A stretch of 64,000 nucleotides of DNA. It comes from an uncultured bacterium (GTDB lineage Bacteria; Babelota; Babeliae; Babelales; Vermiphilaceae). The position numbers and the translations under genes are program-made. The first letter of the stretch is position 1, and each line of letters starts with the position of its first letter. Location of the stretch: positions 748,100 through 812,099 of the forward strand of contig OY970383.1 in NCBI GenBank assembly GCA_963719415.1. The letters are read 5' to 3'. The notes under the pieces are model-generated. The model was given only the letters and a program-made list of their open reading frames with translations, ran no database searches and had not been told where the DNA came from. Shown here piece by piece: positions 8,183 to 18,054 of this stretch.

Positions 8183-8845
8183 CTATTCTGGAAACCTAAC
8201 TACCCCTTGCTTCTGCCAATCAGCTAGAAAATTCGCCATGCCACTCTGCGTCAAAGGATGCCGCAACGCTTTTTCTAGAAGAGAGACGGGTAGCGTTGCT
8301 ATATCTGCTCCCGCTTCAATAGCTTTGCAAAATTGATCAACATCACGTAAAGAGGCAGCCAAAATTTTTGTTGAAAAACCATACTGATCGATCATACTCC
8401 GCAATAAATATAGCAGCGAAATTCCGTCACTCCCTATATCTTCTAGGCGACCAATAAAAGGCGATATATAGGTTACACCAAGTTTACACATCATAAGCGC
8501 TTGTGGCAGCGTAAAAACAAGCGTCACATTAATTAAAATACCTTCAGAAACTAATCGCTTTATAACAGAATAATACTGAATATCAGCAGGAATTTTAACA
8601 ACGACATTGGTCGCTAATGCTGCAATAGCTAATGCTTGTTTATATACTAAATCTGGATCTTGTTCAGTAACTTCAACACTTACCGGCTTATCTTTCATAA
8701 TTGTGGCAATTTTTTTTATTAATTGAGTTGGATCCTTTTTTTCATGACTAACAAGAGATGGATTAGTGGTAACGCCATCAACAATACCCCTTTTTGCCCA
8801 CAATTCAAGAGCATCGCTATCAACAGTATCTAAAAAAATATGCAT
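8183..8845 (-). CDS. tal: transaldolase / fructose-6-phosphate aldolase family (short type)
   Basis: 220 aa: MHIFLDTVD...GVTTNPSL, Schiff-base Lys context VVKIPA, NVTLVF, ISPFIGRLEDIG. Confidence 0.88.
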   Translation of the reverse strand: MHIFLDTVDSDALELWAKRGIVDGVTTNPSLVSHEKKDPTQLIKKIATIMKDKPVSVEVTEQDPDLVYKQALAIAALATNVVVKIPADIQYYSVIKRLVSEGILINVTLVFTLPQALMMCKLGVTYISPFIGRLEDIGSDGISLLYLLRSMIDQYGFSTKILAASLRDVDQFCKAIEAGADIATLPVSLLEKALRHPLTQSGMANFLADWQKQGVVRFPE

Positions 8846-8943
8846 TTCTATTTCCTCTATAAATATGTTAGATATATATATGTTATAAATTTTTAATAAA
8901 TTTTTGATAGCTATTTATACTTACTATAAAAAAGTACACTCGC

Positions 8944-10062
8944 ATGTATCCATTACTTTTTTACCTATCTCCATTGTTTTTTATTATATCCTGCACGTTT
9001 GCCACCTGCACAACTTCGATAACAACAAAGCCAAACAAAATAGTAGGGCTTGTACAAGCTCGAAACGAAGCCGATATTATAGAACAATGTCTACGAAGTC
9101 TGGCAGTCTACACCGATGCCATAGTGCTTCTTGACGATAACTCTTGCGACAAAACAGCTCTTATAGCACAACAACTATCTCGTGAACTAACTATTGAACA
9201 TATTATTAAACAACCCTATTCTGGCTGGGAAAAAACATCAGAATCAGCTAACCGACAAACTCTTTTAGATGCTGGACGCGCTATTGGCGGCACCCATTTT
9301 ATACTTATAGACGCTGATGAGCTTTTCATGGCACCGTGTTCAAAAAACATAGATGACCATAAAAAAGTAATCGTAGATTCACGGCAATCAGATGAAACTA
9401 GTAGGGGCACTAATTGGCTTCGCACTCAAATTCTGACTTTAAAACCAGGACAATATATATCATTTCCCATGGTCAACGTATGGGGAAACACGTCTGTATA
9501 TCGAGATGATAAATTTTGTAGCCCTAGAGATAACACCTGGAGAAAAAAACCAATTATTTTTTACGATGACGGGAAATGCTCTTATCTTAATAATTCGACT
9601 AATCTACACAATATACATACTACAAACATGCTTCATGCATCTCGCATTCCTCGTAACTTACTCTGTTGGGAACCAAAACGGGAGCTTATTGTGCGTGATA
9701 TCAATCATGGTATCATACATTTTAAATGGGTTAATTTTGAAAACATACTTAATAAAAAAATATGGTACATGATGCTCGAATATATACGTGCACACGAACA
9801 TTGGTCGAATCATGATCAAAACAAAATAGCCCATATTATTAATAATTTTTATAACAACCGTGAATTTAAAAACATGATGCCAGAAGAACAAAATATACTA
9901 CTAAAACCCGTACCAAAAAGCTGGTATGATTACCCTTTTTTTGATGCTACCTGCTATACGAAATTAAATCAAAGTCGACAATGCGATATTGCTCGTTGGC
10001 TTGAAACCTATGGGACTGATTATTTTTCTCGCTTAGATTTATCTTGCTTCCTCAGAGCTTAA
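8944..10062 (+). CDS. glycosyltransferase family 2-like protein with an N-terminal anchor
   Basis: VGLVQARNEADIIEQCLRSL...IVLLDDNSCDKT and ILIDADE (DxD-like) resemble GT2 / Glyco_tranf_2_4-type enzymes. The N-terminus is hydrophobic. Confidence 0.55.
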   Translation: MYPLLFYLSPLFFIISCTFATCTTSITTKPNKIVGLVQARNEADIIEQCLRSLAVYTDAIVLLDDNSCDKTALIAQQLSRELTIEHIIKQPYSGWEKTSESANRQTLLDAGRAIGGTHFILIDADELFMAPCSKNIDDHKKVIVDSRQSDETSRGTNWLRTQILTLKPGQYISFPMVNVWGNTSVYRDDKFCSPRDNTWRKKPIIFYDDGKCSYLNNSTNLHNIHTTNMLHASRIPRNLLCWEPKRELIVRDINHGIIHFKWVNFENILNKKIWYMMLEYIRAHEHWSNHDQNKIAHIINNFYNNREFKNMMPEEQNILLKPVPKSWYDYPFFDATCYTKLNQSRQCDIARWLETYGTDYFSRLDLSCFLRA

Positions 10063-10157
10063 AAAAAAACAATTTAAATCAAACAGGACATGTCAATGTG
10101 TCAATGCGATTCAAGCAAACCATATCATTATTCCTAACTTTCACCTTTTTTACGCAG

Positions 10158-11324
10158 TTACACATGCTTAAGACGGCTACTAAACACCTTGAAGGCTATT
10201 ATACCAAGCGCCATACCAAATCCCCTCGAAATCCACAGAGTTTGATTTTGTTGTTGTTCCTGCAAAAGTCGTTGCTGCTGCAAAAGTTGCAGCTGTTGTT
10301 GTAGAAATTGTTGCCGTTGTTGTTGCTGTTGTTGCCGCTGTTGTAGAAATTGTTGCTGTTGTTGCCGCTGTTGTCGTTCCTGCAAAAGTTGCTGCTTTTC
10401 CTCCCTACTAAGCAGACCTGAAGGCTCTGGAGGCAACAGAAACAATCCTTCTTTCCTATGATGCGCTTCAAGAATTCTATATGATACTTCAACCGTCCTT
10501 TTTGGATCTGGATGCTTATCATTTGCTATAAAATATGGATTTTGGGCTTTTGATAAAATACCCTTATACACAAATAAAGCAATATTGATATCTCCAAGAG
10601 CAGCTGGAAGCAGGTCTGCTGTAATTTCATGTATTCCAGCAAAAGCATTCTTGTCTTCAACAGACAACTGCTTACCTCGAGTACAATTAATAAGCATTCT
10701 TACAAAAGAATGTAATTCTTGTATATGCGTTGCCTCATGATACGCTACTTGCAAGGCCCGATCAGGACGGCTCAATTCTAATGGAATAGAATCTAAATCA
10801 CACTCTAGACAATACTGCATCTTGGAACCATTATTAGGTAAAAATTCAAAATCTAACACAACCCTCATTGCTGCAGTAGGCAAAAGACTTACTCGATAAT
10901 CAATGTTTAAAGGGTTAATACCTGCAGCCCGCAAACTAGATTCGAAAGCATCTATTATGATCTGAGGCATACGATCATCCCTTATTGGTGGATAAGGCAA
11001 AGGACGTTCTTTTTTTAAAATCTCTAGATGATCTCTTACTATATTTTTAATTACCGAAAAGCGTGATTCAATATCTTCTTCCTCTACACCTTGTACTTGT
11101 AGCGCTATCTTTAGAGCTTCATCATCATTTCGCCTTAACTGAACAGCATAGTCTTCTGGTCGAACAAGCTGTGGCGAAAGCAAAGCATTAATTGCCCGAT
11201 CTTGCCAAGCCCTTTTATTAGAAAGAGTTAAACTATTTTGCGCAAGCTGTTCTGCTCCAAAACAAAAATAAATTTGCATACAAAAAAATATAATAATAGA
11301 AAAATAGCGGCAAAAATGTCTCAT
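10158..11324 (-). CDS. hypothetical secreted/anchored protein with an HExxH motif and a poly-Q tract
   Basis: Signal-like N-terminus FSIIIFFCMQIYFCFGA. YHEATHIQELH contains HExxH. Q-rich tract REEKQQLLQERQQRQQQQQFLQQRQQQQQQRQQFLQQQLQLLQQQRLLQEQQQNQ. C-terminal hydrophobic segment GFGMALGIIAFKVF. Confidence 0.5.
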   Translation of the reverse strand: MRHFCRYFSIIIFFCMQIYFCFGAEQLAQNSLTLSNKRAWQDRAINALLSPQLVRPEDYAVQLRRNDDEALKIALQVQGVEEEDIESRFSVIKNIVRDHLEILKKERPLPYPPIRDDRMPQIIIDAFESSLRAAGINPLNIDYRVSLLPTAAMRVVLDFEFLPNNGSKMQYCLECDLDSIPLELSRPDRALQVAYHEATHIQELHSFVRMLINCTRGKQLSVEDKNAFAGIHEITADLLPAALGDINIALFVYKGILSKAQNPYFIANDKHPDPKRTVEVSYRILEAHHRKEGLFLLPPEPSGLLSREEKQQLLQERQQRQQQQQFLQQRQQQQQQRQQFLQQQLQLLQQQRLLQEQQQNQTLWISRGFGMALGIIAFKVFSSRLKHV

Positions 11325-11420
11325 GCAAAAGCCTTTTGCAATAGTAAAAAATTACAATTTTTATGTGTTTGTTTATAGTGTATAAGATTTATGAGCAAAA
11401 TCAATTTTATAGGAGGGTTA

Positions 11421-12515
11421 ATTCAAGTTCGAAGTGCAAATTCCATACTCTCGTAAAATAGTTTTGCCGGTGTTTGGTATCCAAGAATTTTTCTAGGTGT
11501 ATTATTTAATTTATTTTGAATATCCATTAACTGATTTGCATCAAGGTATGAGATAGACGATCCTTTGGGCAAATAACGCCGCAACAATAGCGTTAGATTT
11601 TTCAACCTGCCCTTTTTGCCACGGCGAATGAGGGTCGCAGAAATAGGTCTTAAAATCAGGAAACGTATGCAATAAAGAATGTTGTGTAAATTCTGTACCA
11701 TTATCAAAAGTAATAGATTTACGCATAATTTTAGGAATTGATGCCATTGCCTTAAATGCATTCACAATAACTAAATTCGATTTTTTTTGAGCTATTTTTA
11801 ATGAGAATCATGTATCTTGTTTTACGATCAACGATGTTCATAATATTTTGTGATTGGTCTCCACCGCCAAAAAGTAAATCTCCCTCAAAATGGCCAACTT
11901 CTATACGTTTATTAATGGCTTCAGGTCTATCATGTATAGATACCCGTTCTGGAATTGTAGTTTTTCTAGATTTTTCTTGCGCCTCTTTGATTTCTTTTGC
12001 TTCGCATTGAGGCTAAAAAAAGATATAGCGGGGGTCTTTTTTTAGCCTCAAAAGATGATTTTTTTTCTGCATCGAAATAAATATATGAATAAATTGTTTC
12101 TGTTGTTATTGTTGTTGCCATTGATTTTTTACTTTCAGCGGCAATCACATCTGGAGACCATTTCATTTTTAATTTTTCAATTATAAAATCGTTTAATTTT
12201 TTATCTTTTTCTAATTTTCGTACTAAAACATATTTTCTTTTTTTAGCCATATTGTGAGCTTTATCTGGGGTATACTCAATAGCATCATTGTAGCGATTAC
12301 ATCTCAATTCTCGAGAAATTGTCGATTCATGTCGTTTTATTTCTTTTGCTATTTCTGTATTTTTTTTTCCACTTTGCTTCATCTCAAATATCGTTTCTCG
12401 CTCTTTTAATGTTAATTGTGTATAATTTTTCATGCGCAGGACCTTTTTTATGATTTGTTTTTTTTGTCAAAAACAGTTTATCACGAAATAGGTTCTTGCA
12501 CTTCATTATAGAATT
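11421..12515 (-). mobile_element. IS30-family insertion sequence, degenerate
   Basis: Imperfect terminal inverted repeats: aattcNNNNNNgaagtgcaa at 11421-11440 and its complement ttgcacttcNNNNNNgaatt at 12496-12515. They enclose a frameshifted IS30-type transposase. Confidence 0.65.
11423..12433 (-). pseudogene. IS30-family transposase broken by at least three frameshifts
   Basis: N-terminal HTH ORF (LTLKERETIFEMKQSGKKNTEIAKEIKRHESTISRELRCN). The unlisted middle frame reads IPERVSIHDRPEAINKRIEVGHFEGDLLFGG. Then ITFDNGTEF ... CDPHSPWQKGQVEKSN, and in another frame RRYLPKGSSISYLDANQLMDIQNKLNNTPRKILGYQTPAKLF. Shifts lie near 11965, in an A8 run near 11770, and near 11580. Confidence 0.8.
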
Positions 12516-12609
12516 TTCCATGACTTGCTCCTATGAGGGCAATAAAAAATGCTATTTATAAAAACAGAATGCATAACAATATTAAAAATTTTAAAAAAAA
12601 GCATAGTCT

Positions 12610-13098
12610 ATGATGAAAAAAAAATGTACTTTTATATCCTTATTGTTGATTATTCTATTGCATGAATCAGCTTCTGCCATGCATAATTCTAAAGCTTTAG
12701 TAAGACAATTTTCAAAGGTTCCAAAGCGAATGATGTGGCAGGGTAACCGCAATGGCTTTGGTGATGAAACACCAGGCCTACATGGTGCTGTTGCTGGTAT
12801 CCTAGGAGGATCATTTGGTATGCTTTTGGGCGCAGCAAGCGGTCCAGGAATGGTTATGTTGATTTCTGTACCTGTATATTTTATAACTGAAACTATCGAT
12901 CCTACTCCTAGCAAAAAAAAGCCTTCTGAGGGTCCGGATCCTATGCCATTAGTTCTTTACCGTAGCATACAAGTTGGAAGTGCCGTCGGAGGTACTACTG
13001 GAGCTGCCTATTTTGGCGGAAAAGCTGGTGTAAAAGGATTTGCAATATTTGCTGGTGCTGTAGCTGCAAATGCGGCGTATCACAAATACATAAAATAA
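12610..13098 (+). CDS. glycine-zipper membrane protein, hypothetical
   Basis: Signal peptide ...LLHESASA, then Gly/Ala-rich hydrophobic segments GAVAGILGGSFGMLLGAASGPGMVML and GSAVGGTTGAAYFGGKAGVKGFAIFAGAVAANAA. Confidence 0.5.
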   Translation: MMKKKCTFISLLLIILLHESASAMHNSKALVRQFSKVPKRMMWQGNRNGFGDETPGLHGAVAGILGGSFGMLLGAASGPGMVMLISVPVYFITETIDPTPSKKKPSEGPDPMPLVLYRSIQVGSAVGGTTGAAYFGGKAGVKGFAIFAGAVAANAAYHKYIK

Positions 13099-13196
13099 AC
13101 TCATTTTTCAGCAAAAAACAGCTTCCTCTTATTACTATTAATTTTGTAACATGCTTCTTAATAAATAGAATTTTTAACAAGATATGAGGAAAATGT

Positions 13197-13532
13197 ATGG
13201 AAATTAATTTAGATATGATAACAACATCTTTTGATATTCCGGGATACAACATTACTCAATCACTTGGCATCGTACAAGGAATTTCCGTGGTATCTGCTGG
13301 TGTATTTGGTAACTGGAGAGCCTCTTGGCAATCAATGGCATCAGGAAACGTTCCACGATTCACAAGACTATGCGAAGAAACAAGAGATGCTGCTTTTAAA
13401 GTTCTAATTAAACATGCTCAAAAACTTGGAGCAAACGCAATTATAGGGTTACGATTTGATTCTAATGAAATTGGCGATGGAATTACAGAAATACTTGCTT
13501 ATGGCACTGCCGTAATTATAGAAAAAAAATAA
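13197..13532 (+). CDS. YbjQ/UPF0145 family protein
   Basis: GAGGA RBS. MITTSFDIPGYNITQSLGIVQGISV...LGANAIIGLRFDSNEI...AYGTAVIIEK is colinear with E. coli YbjQ (TTPTLEGQ...GVVTGEA...LGADAVVGIDIDYE...SGTAVK). Confidence 0.8.
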   Translation: MEINLDMITTSFDIPGYNITQSLGIVQGISVVSAGVFGNWRASWQSMASGNVPRFTRLCEETRDAAFKVLIKHAQKLGANAIIGLRFDSNEIGDGITEILAYGTAVIIEKK

Positions 13533-13673
13533 ATAAATAAACCATAAACCCAACAATAAAAAAATCTCTTATCCCAAAAAACTATTACACCAATTTCAGG
13601 CTATATCGTCTATTTTTAAAACTACCTATTTCTAGAATCACTATTTTTTGGCTGCTATACAACGAAACTGGCA

Positions 13674-14090
13674 TTACTTTTGAATAACTTTAATAGAAAT
13701 CGATAACACCTCGCCCTTCTCATTTTCAAGTTCAAAAACAGCTGGTGCATTCCACGAAACTTCATAAGCTTTATTAGCAATTAAATCGTAGTCACCATTC
13801 CCGTTATCACGATACATTTCTACCGCAACAATAACTGTTGATTCCCGAGTGCAAATAACATAATTAATAATACCAGATTCATCGCTCAGCACATTAATTC
13901 TATAAACACTATCATATTTAACTGATGTTTCTGTATCTGGTATAACCTGTTTCTGAACTATTTTTTTACTATTCTCACCACTAATAAAAAGCAAATCCGC
14001 TTCTACAATTACTTTTGCTTGAATAGAAAGTGTTAATGCTGCAAAAGAGAACATTGATACAAAAAATATAAAAAACTTTTGTATACTCAT
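13674..14090 (-). CDS. small secreted protein, divergent member of the local six-gene paralogue family
   Basis: Signal peptide FFIFFVSMFSFAALTLSIQA. Core VIVAVEMYRDNGNGDYDLIANKAYEVSWNAPAVFELENEKGEVLSISIKV is colinear with the cores of the five genes further along the + strand. Confidence 0.55.
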   Translation of the reverse strand: MSIQKFFIFFVSMFSFAALTLSIQAKVIVEADLLFISGENSKKIVQKQVIPDTETSVKYDSVYRINVLSDESGIINYVICTRESTVIVAVEMYRDNGNGDYDLIANKAYEVSWNAPAVFELENEKGEVLSISIKVIQK

Positions 14091-14186
14091 TATTCAATTA
14101 CTCCGTAATAGATTATTTCATACTCACCGACTACATCCAACTTCAAAAACAATATCAATCAACTCTCTATTCCATTTTCTGCTGAA

Positions 14187-14819
14187 TTATAAACAACCTA
14201 ATTCTCCATTTTTTGCATCTTTCCAGTTTCGCCAAATTTCAAATTCTTTTTGCCTACGTCTTCTATCTTCTTCCAGCTTAACCGTTTCCTTTTCCTCTGC
14301 TTCTTGCCTGCGCTTTAACCCTTCTTCCACTAAGCTGCGTAACTCTTCTTCTTTAGCTCCTTGGCCTTGCAGCTTCTCTTCTTCTATCGCCGCTTTTGCA
14401 AAATCTGCTAAAAGTTCGTCACATCGTTTTAAAAGCAACCAATTCGATCCCACAATTACCACTACTCCTGGTATAACTACAGGTACAGCTGCCAATGAAC
14501 CAAAAGGTACCGATGCCCCAAAACCCAATCCTGCAATTGCTCCCGTGCTCGCCAAACCTCCTATCCATCCTTTTTGCGCTTTGCAAGAACCAATTAAATC
14601 AGCGCCATATTTACGCGCTACTTCTCCTGGTATAACACTTGTAGCAACTCCTGCAAACCCACTACCAACGCCTCCTGCTCCACCAAGCACGGCACTCCCG
14701 ATTGCGCCAGCCAAAGTTTTTGCTCCTAAATTTGGTATTTTTATAAAACGCATGGCACTTGTCGACCCAGATAATATAATAAAAAACAATAACAACAGAA
14801 TAAAGTTCGCTACTCTCAT
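14187..14819 (-). CDS. glycine-zipper membrane protein with a charged coiled-coil tail
   Basis: ATG 14819 with a GGGAGAG RBS is preferred over TTG 14861. Signal-like MRVANFILLLLFFIILSGSTSA. Gly-rich hydrophobic segments GAIGSAVLGGAGGVGSGFAGVA and GGLASTGAIAGLGFGAS. Tail EEEKLQGQGAKEEELRSLVEEGLKRRQEAEEKETVKLEEDRRRRQKEFEIW. Confidence 0.55.
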   Translation of the reverse strand: MRVANFILLLLFFIILSGSTSAMRFIKIPNLGAKTLAGAIGSAVLGGAGGVGSGFAGVATSVIPGEVARKYGADLIGSCKAQKGWIGGLASTGAIAGLGFGASVPFGSLAAVPVVIPGVVVIVGSNWLLLKRCDELLADFAKAAIEEEKLQGQGAKEEELRSLVEEGLKRRQEAEEKETVKLEEDRRRRQKEFEIWRNWKDAKNGELGCL

Positions 14820-14941
14820 GACTCTCCCTGTTTCAATAAAAGAAGGGAACCCGTAAGACAAACCTAGTATATCTCACTTATTCCCTTCTTAATTTATTTT
14901 AAAACTAAGTTACTTTCTACAATTAATTAAGCTATTAATTT

Positions 14942-15496
14942 TTAAGGAGCAGCTTCACAAACTGTTTCTTGATGCTTTATTTCTTCACAAGCCTCGCGTG
15001 ACGCTTCTTTGCTAGCTACTGGACAATCAGTTGTTATAGCGTTACTAGCACAATCTATATTCGTAAAATCAGCAGCTGCTACACTAACAACATCTCTGCA
15101 TACAACAAAGGTAATTAGTCTATCTTCAAGAATTTTTCCTGCTGCGTCTTTTCTTCCAAAACGAGCGTAAGCTTCTCTTCCCGGTGCAAGAGAATATACG
15201 CCCTTAATAACTAACCTAAACTCACCTTTATCATTTTTTGCAAACAACTCAATGGCAAATACAACATCTTTACCATCATCAGCGATAATAGTATATACTA
15301 TTTCACAATCGTCGCTAATGCTCAATTTGGCATGCCGATTATCGGTAATATTAAAATCGAGCCCAAAATCTGAGGTTTGAATACGGTTTTGTGTAGAACT
15401 TTCTTTTATCGTATGCACAACCTTCGATTTAATATGTATATCAGCAAAAACAGGTGCTGAAACTAGCAATGCTAAAACTAAAAACATATTTTTCAT
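14942..15496 (-). CDS. small secreted protein, paralogue family member with a Cys-rich tail
   Basis: MKNMFLVLALLVSAPVFADIHIKS signal. Core VVFAIELFAKNDKGEFRLVIKGVYSLAPGREAYARFGRKDAAGK. Tail has 5 Cys (CASNAITTDCPVASKEASREACEEIKHQETVC). Confidence 0.65.
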   Translation of the reverse strand: MKNMFLVLALLVSAPVFADIHIKSKVVHTIKESSTQNRIQTSDFGLDFNITDNRHAKLSISDDCEIVYTIIADDGKDVVFAIELFAKNDKGEFRLVIKGVYSLAPGREAYARFGRKDAAGKILEDRLITFVVCRDVVSVAAADFTNIDCASNAITTDCPVASKEASREACEEIKHQETVCEAAP

Positions 15497-15564
15497 GAAA
15501 GATTTTCTCTATCTTGATTGTGATTCTATCCGAGACACAATTTAAAAATTCTTAATACACTCTA

Positions 15565-16083
15565 CTATGCTGCAACTTCTTCTGTTGCTTCTGTTGCAAA
15601 TTCTTGATCTACAACTTCTTCAGTCGCTCCTTTTTCACTTACCATACCAGCAACATCTTTATGAGCAACTTTACGAGCAACGATAGTAATTGATTTGCTT
15701 TCAGCCACTTCATTTGCTACATTTTTTTCCCCAAAACGAATAAATGCTTCTTTGTCCCATGCAACAACCAATGTTGAGTTACGAACTAATTCAAATTCGT
15801 CTTGACTGTTTTTTTCAAACCAATGAATGGCAAGCACTATTCCTGTATCCGTGACATCAAGAATAGTATAGGTAAACTGGAAATTTTCGATACGAAATGT
15901 AGCTAGCCGATCATCAATATCATTAAAAACACAACCATTAAACAAAAACTCAAAACTTACTTCTCGAGTGCTACTTTGTGTTGGAGTTTTTTTTACTGTG
16001 CTTACAAAATTTGACTGAATATGTATATCGGCCAAAGCAGATGCTGAGATCAATAATGCCATACTCAATAATACATTTTTCAT
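15565..16083 (-). CDS. small secreted protein, paralogue family member with an acidic tail
   Basis: MKNVLLSMALLISASALADIHIQS signal. Core IVLAIHWFEKNSQDEFELVRNSTLVVAWDKEAFIRFGEKNVANE. Tail is E/T/A-rich. Confidence 0.65.
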   Translation of the reverse strand: MKNVLLSMALLISASALADIHIQSNFVSTVKKTPTQSSTREVSFEFLFNGCVFNDIDDRLATFRIENFQFTYTILDVTDTGIVLAIHWFEKNSQDEFELVRNSTLVVAWDKEAFIRFGEKNVANEVAESKSITIVARKVAHKDVAGMVSEKGATEEVVDQEFATEATEEVAA

Positions 16084-16187
16084 AGGGATTCCTTACAACA
16101 TAAAATACACTATTATTTACAAAAAATTACCCAGTAATTATACCATGCTGCTATTATAATTACCAAAAAAATTTAACATTAATTAAA

Positions 16188-16685
16188 TTATTCGCTTTTA
16201 ATATCAGATTCACAAACAGCAGATTCGCAAGCATTTATTTGATCGCAGGCTACTTCTTTACAAGCTTTTTTAGAATCGCATTCTGCTTCTACTTTATCGC
16301 CATGATCGCTATGATAAACTACAATCGTTATCGTCAATAATGGCTTTCCTTCTTCATCAAGCCAAAGGCCGCAAACCTTTTTGCCCCATGCTACCAATAC
16401 TATATGCTTGCCAAACAACTCTTCTTTGTCAGATATTACTTCCAGCGTTGCTGTTTCATCATTAACTCTTTTTAAAACAAAAGTCATAGTACCATCTTCG
16501 GTAGATAGCACAACCTCTCCATTAGCATCAAATTTTAATTTAGACGCTGCAACTACTTTACTCACATCATCTACGACATAATTAACGGTGACATCCAATA
16601 AAACCTGTGAAACATCAATCGTATGACAAACAACAAATGCTGGAACTGAGAATGCTAATACTAATGCTAAAATCATATTTTTCAT
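16188..16685 (-). CDS. small secreted protein, paralogue family member with a Cys-rich tail
   Basis: MKNMILALVLAFSVPAFV signal. The core is more diverged (LEVISDKEELFGKHIVLVAWGKKVCGLWLDEEGKPLLTITIVV). Tail ECDSKKACKEVACDQINACESAVCES. Confidence 0.6.
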   Translation of the reverse strand: MKNMILALVLAFSVPAFVVCHTIDVSQVLLDVTVNYVVDDVSKVVAASKLKFDANGEVVLSTEDGTMTFVLKRVNDETATLEVISDKEELFGKHIVLVAWGKKVCGLWLDEEGKPLLTITIVVYHSDHGDKVEAECDSKKACKEVACDQINACESAVCESDIKSE

Positions 16686-16799
16686 GACTATATCCCTATT
16701 TTCTCTTATTATTTATTATATAGGCTAAAATGAAGTCCTTAATTTTAAACAACTGCTTCGTTATTTTCACACACAACTTCTCTACTTTTTTCACTCTTA

Positions 16800-17336
16800 T
16801 TACTTTTCTTCGCCTTCATCACTATCATCAAATAGACCAATATCGACTCCTCTCAAATGATCATCATCATCATTATCATCATCATCGTTATCATCATCGT
16901 TATCATTTTCGTGAGCCGTAATGGCAAGTGAAACACTTTCAGTTTTTTGACCTGCTGTATCTTTTCTTCCAAAAAAAACAACCGCTTCTTGATCCCACTT
17001 AAGAGTCAATGTCGGATTACAAACTAACTTAAATTCACCTTGACTGTTTTTTTCAAACCATTCAACAACAAGAATAAGTCCCTCATCCATAACAGCAAGA
17101 ATAGTATAAAGTATCTTAGACTCAGAATCTCTACCAATCACTATAGTAGAATGATCACTGACCTCTTTAAACTCTAAATCAAAATTCAATTCTTGTGTAC
17201 GACCTTGCTTCGATTGAGTACAACTCCGCTCTATAACTTCCCTTGTAAAATGGGAGCAAATACGTATATCCGCAAAAAGAGGGGCTGATATTGATATCGA
17301 AATTAATAGAGCTAATGATAAAATGATATTTTTCAT
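16800..17336 (-). CDS. small secreted protein, paralogue family member with an Asp/Asn-repeat tail
   Basis: Start reassigned to ATG 17336 (MKNIILSLALLISISISAPLFADIRI). Core LILVVEWFEKNSQGEFKLVCNPTLTLKWDQEAVVFFGRKDTAGQ. Tail NDNDDDNDDDDNDDDD. Confidence 0.65.
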   Translation of the reverse strand: MKNIILSLALLISISISAPLFADIRICSHFTREVIERSCTQSKQGRTQELNFDLEFKEVSDHSTIVIGRDSESKILYTILAVMDEGLILVVEWFEKNSQGEFKLVCNPTLTLKWDQEAVVFFGRKDTAGQKTESVSLAITAHENDNDDDNDDDDNDDDDHLRGVDIGLFDDSDEGEEK

Positions 17337-17523
17337 AAAAGCCTTTCTAACGTATAAATATAAAATAAAATACTTATAAAATAAGATACTTAACGTGCAC
17401 AAAAAACCCCAATTTAAACAAGAGAACGACGAAGTATAACCTCATCGTTCTCTTGTTTATTTATTCTAAATTGAAGCTACTTAATTATGAGTAGTTTTTT
17501 TTATCCTACTCACCAGTAACTTT

Positions 17524-18054
17524 TTAACTTACAACTTCTGCGTTCTGTTCGCTCACAACTTCTTCACTCACGCCATTCTCAACATTAGCTACAGTGCTAT
17601 CAACTGAAATTATAGCACCATCTTCACCATTTTTTTGGGCAACAACAACGATAAATAGATTATCTTCTGTATTCTCAGTCTCTTTGTCTTCCGACTCGCT
17701 AATAGCAATAACTGCTTCTTGTCCCCACTGGGTTGATACAGTCGCCGTTGAAACTACTTCAAATTCGCCTTCATCATTTTTTAAACATAATGAAATAGTA
17801 TATTCAACTTCTTCGTCTTCTACCTTAATAATAGTACATGTCATTTTGCAAAATTCATTAATAAGTTGCTCTTTAGATAGCGGATACTCAGAATTGGAAG
17901 CAATATCAAAAGGAAATAGCAGAGCCATTTTTCTCATTAATTCTTTTACTCGATGCACTAAAGCTACTCGTATTTCTATTTTTTCCACAACAGCAAAAGT
18001 AGGCGCGGAAACCAACAATCCCATAAATACCATACCCAATAATAACTTCTTCAT
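17524..18054 (-). CDS. small secreted protein, paralogue family member with an acidic tail
   Basis: Start reassigned to ATG 18054 (MKKLLLGMVFMGLLVSAPTFA). Core VEYTISLCLKNDEGEFEVVSTATVSTQWGQEAVIAISE. Confidence 0.6.
   Translation of the reverse strand: MKKLLLGMVFMGLLVSAPTFAVVEKIEIRVALVHRVKELMRKMALLFPFDIASNSEYPLSKEQLINEFCKMTCTIIKVEDEEVEYTISLCLKNDEGEFEVVSTATVSTQWGQEAVIAISESEDKETENTEDNLFIVVVAQKNGEDGAIISVDSTVANVENGVSEEVVSEQNAEVVS

Noticed and set aside
10199-10522. 107-aa minus-strand ORF nested in the poly-Q gene, and the 86-aa plus-strand ORF 10044..10304
   Set aside because: These are frame variants of the CAG/CAA repeat tract. No start context, and they are fully contained in or antisense to a better-supported CDS.
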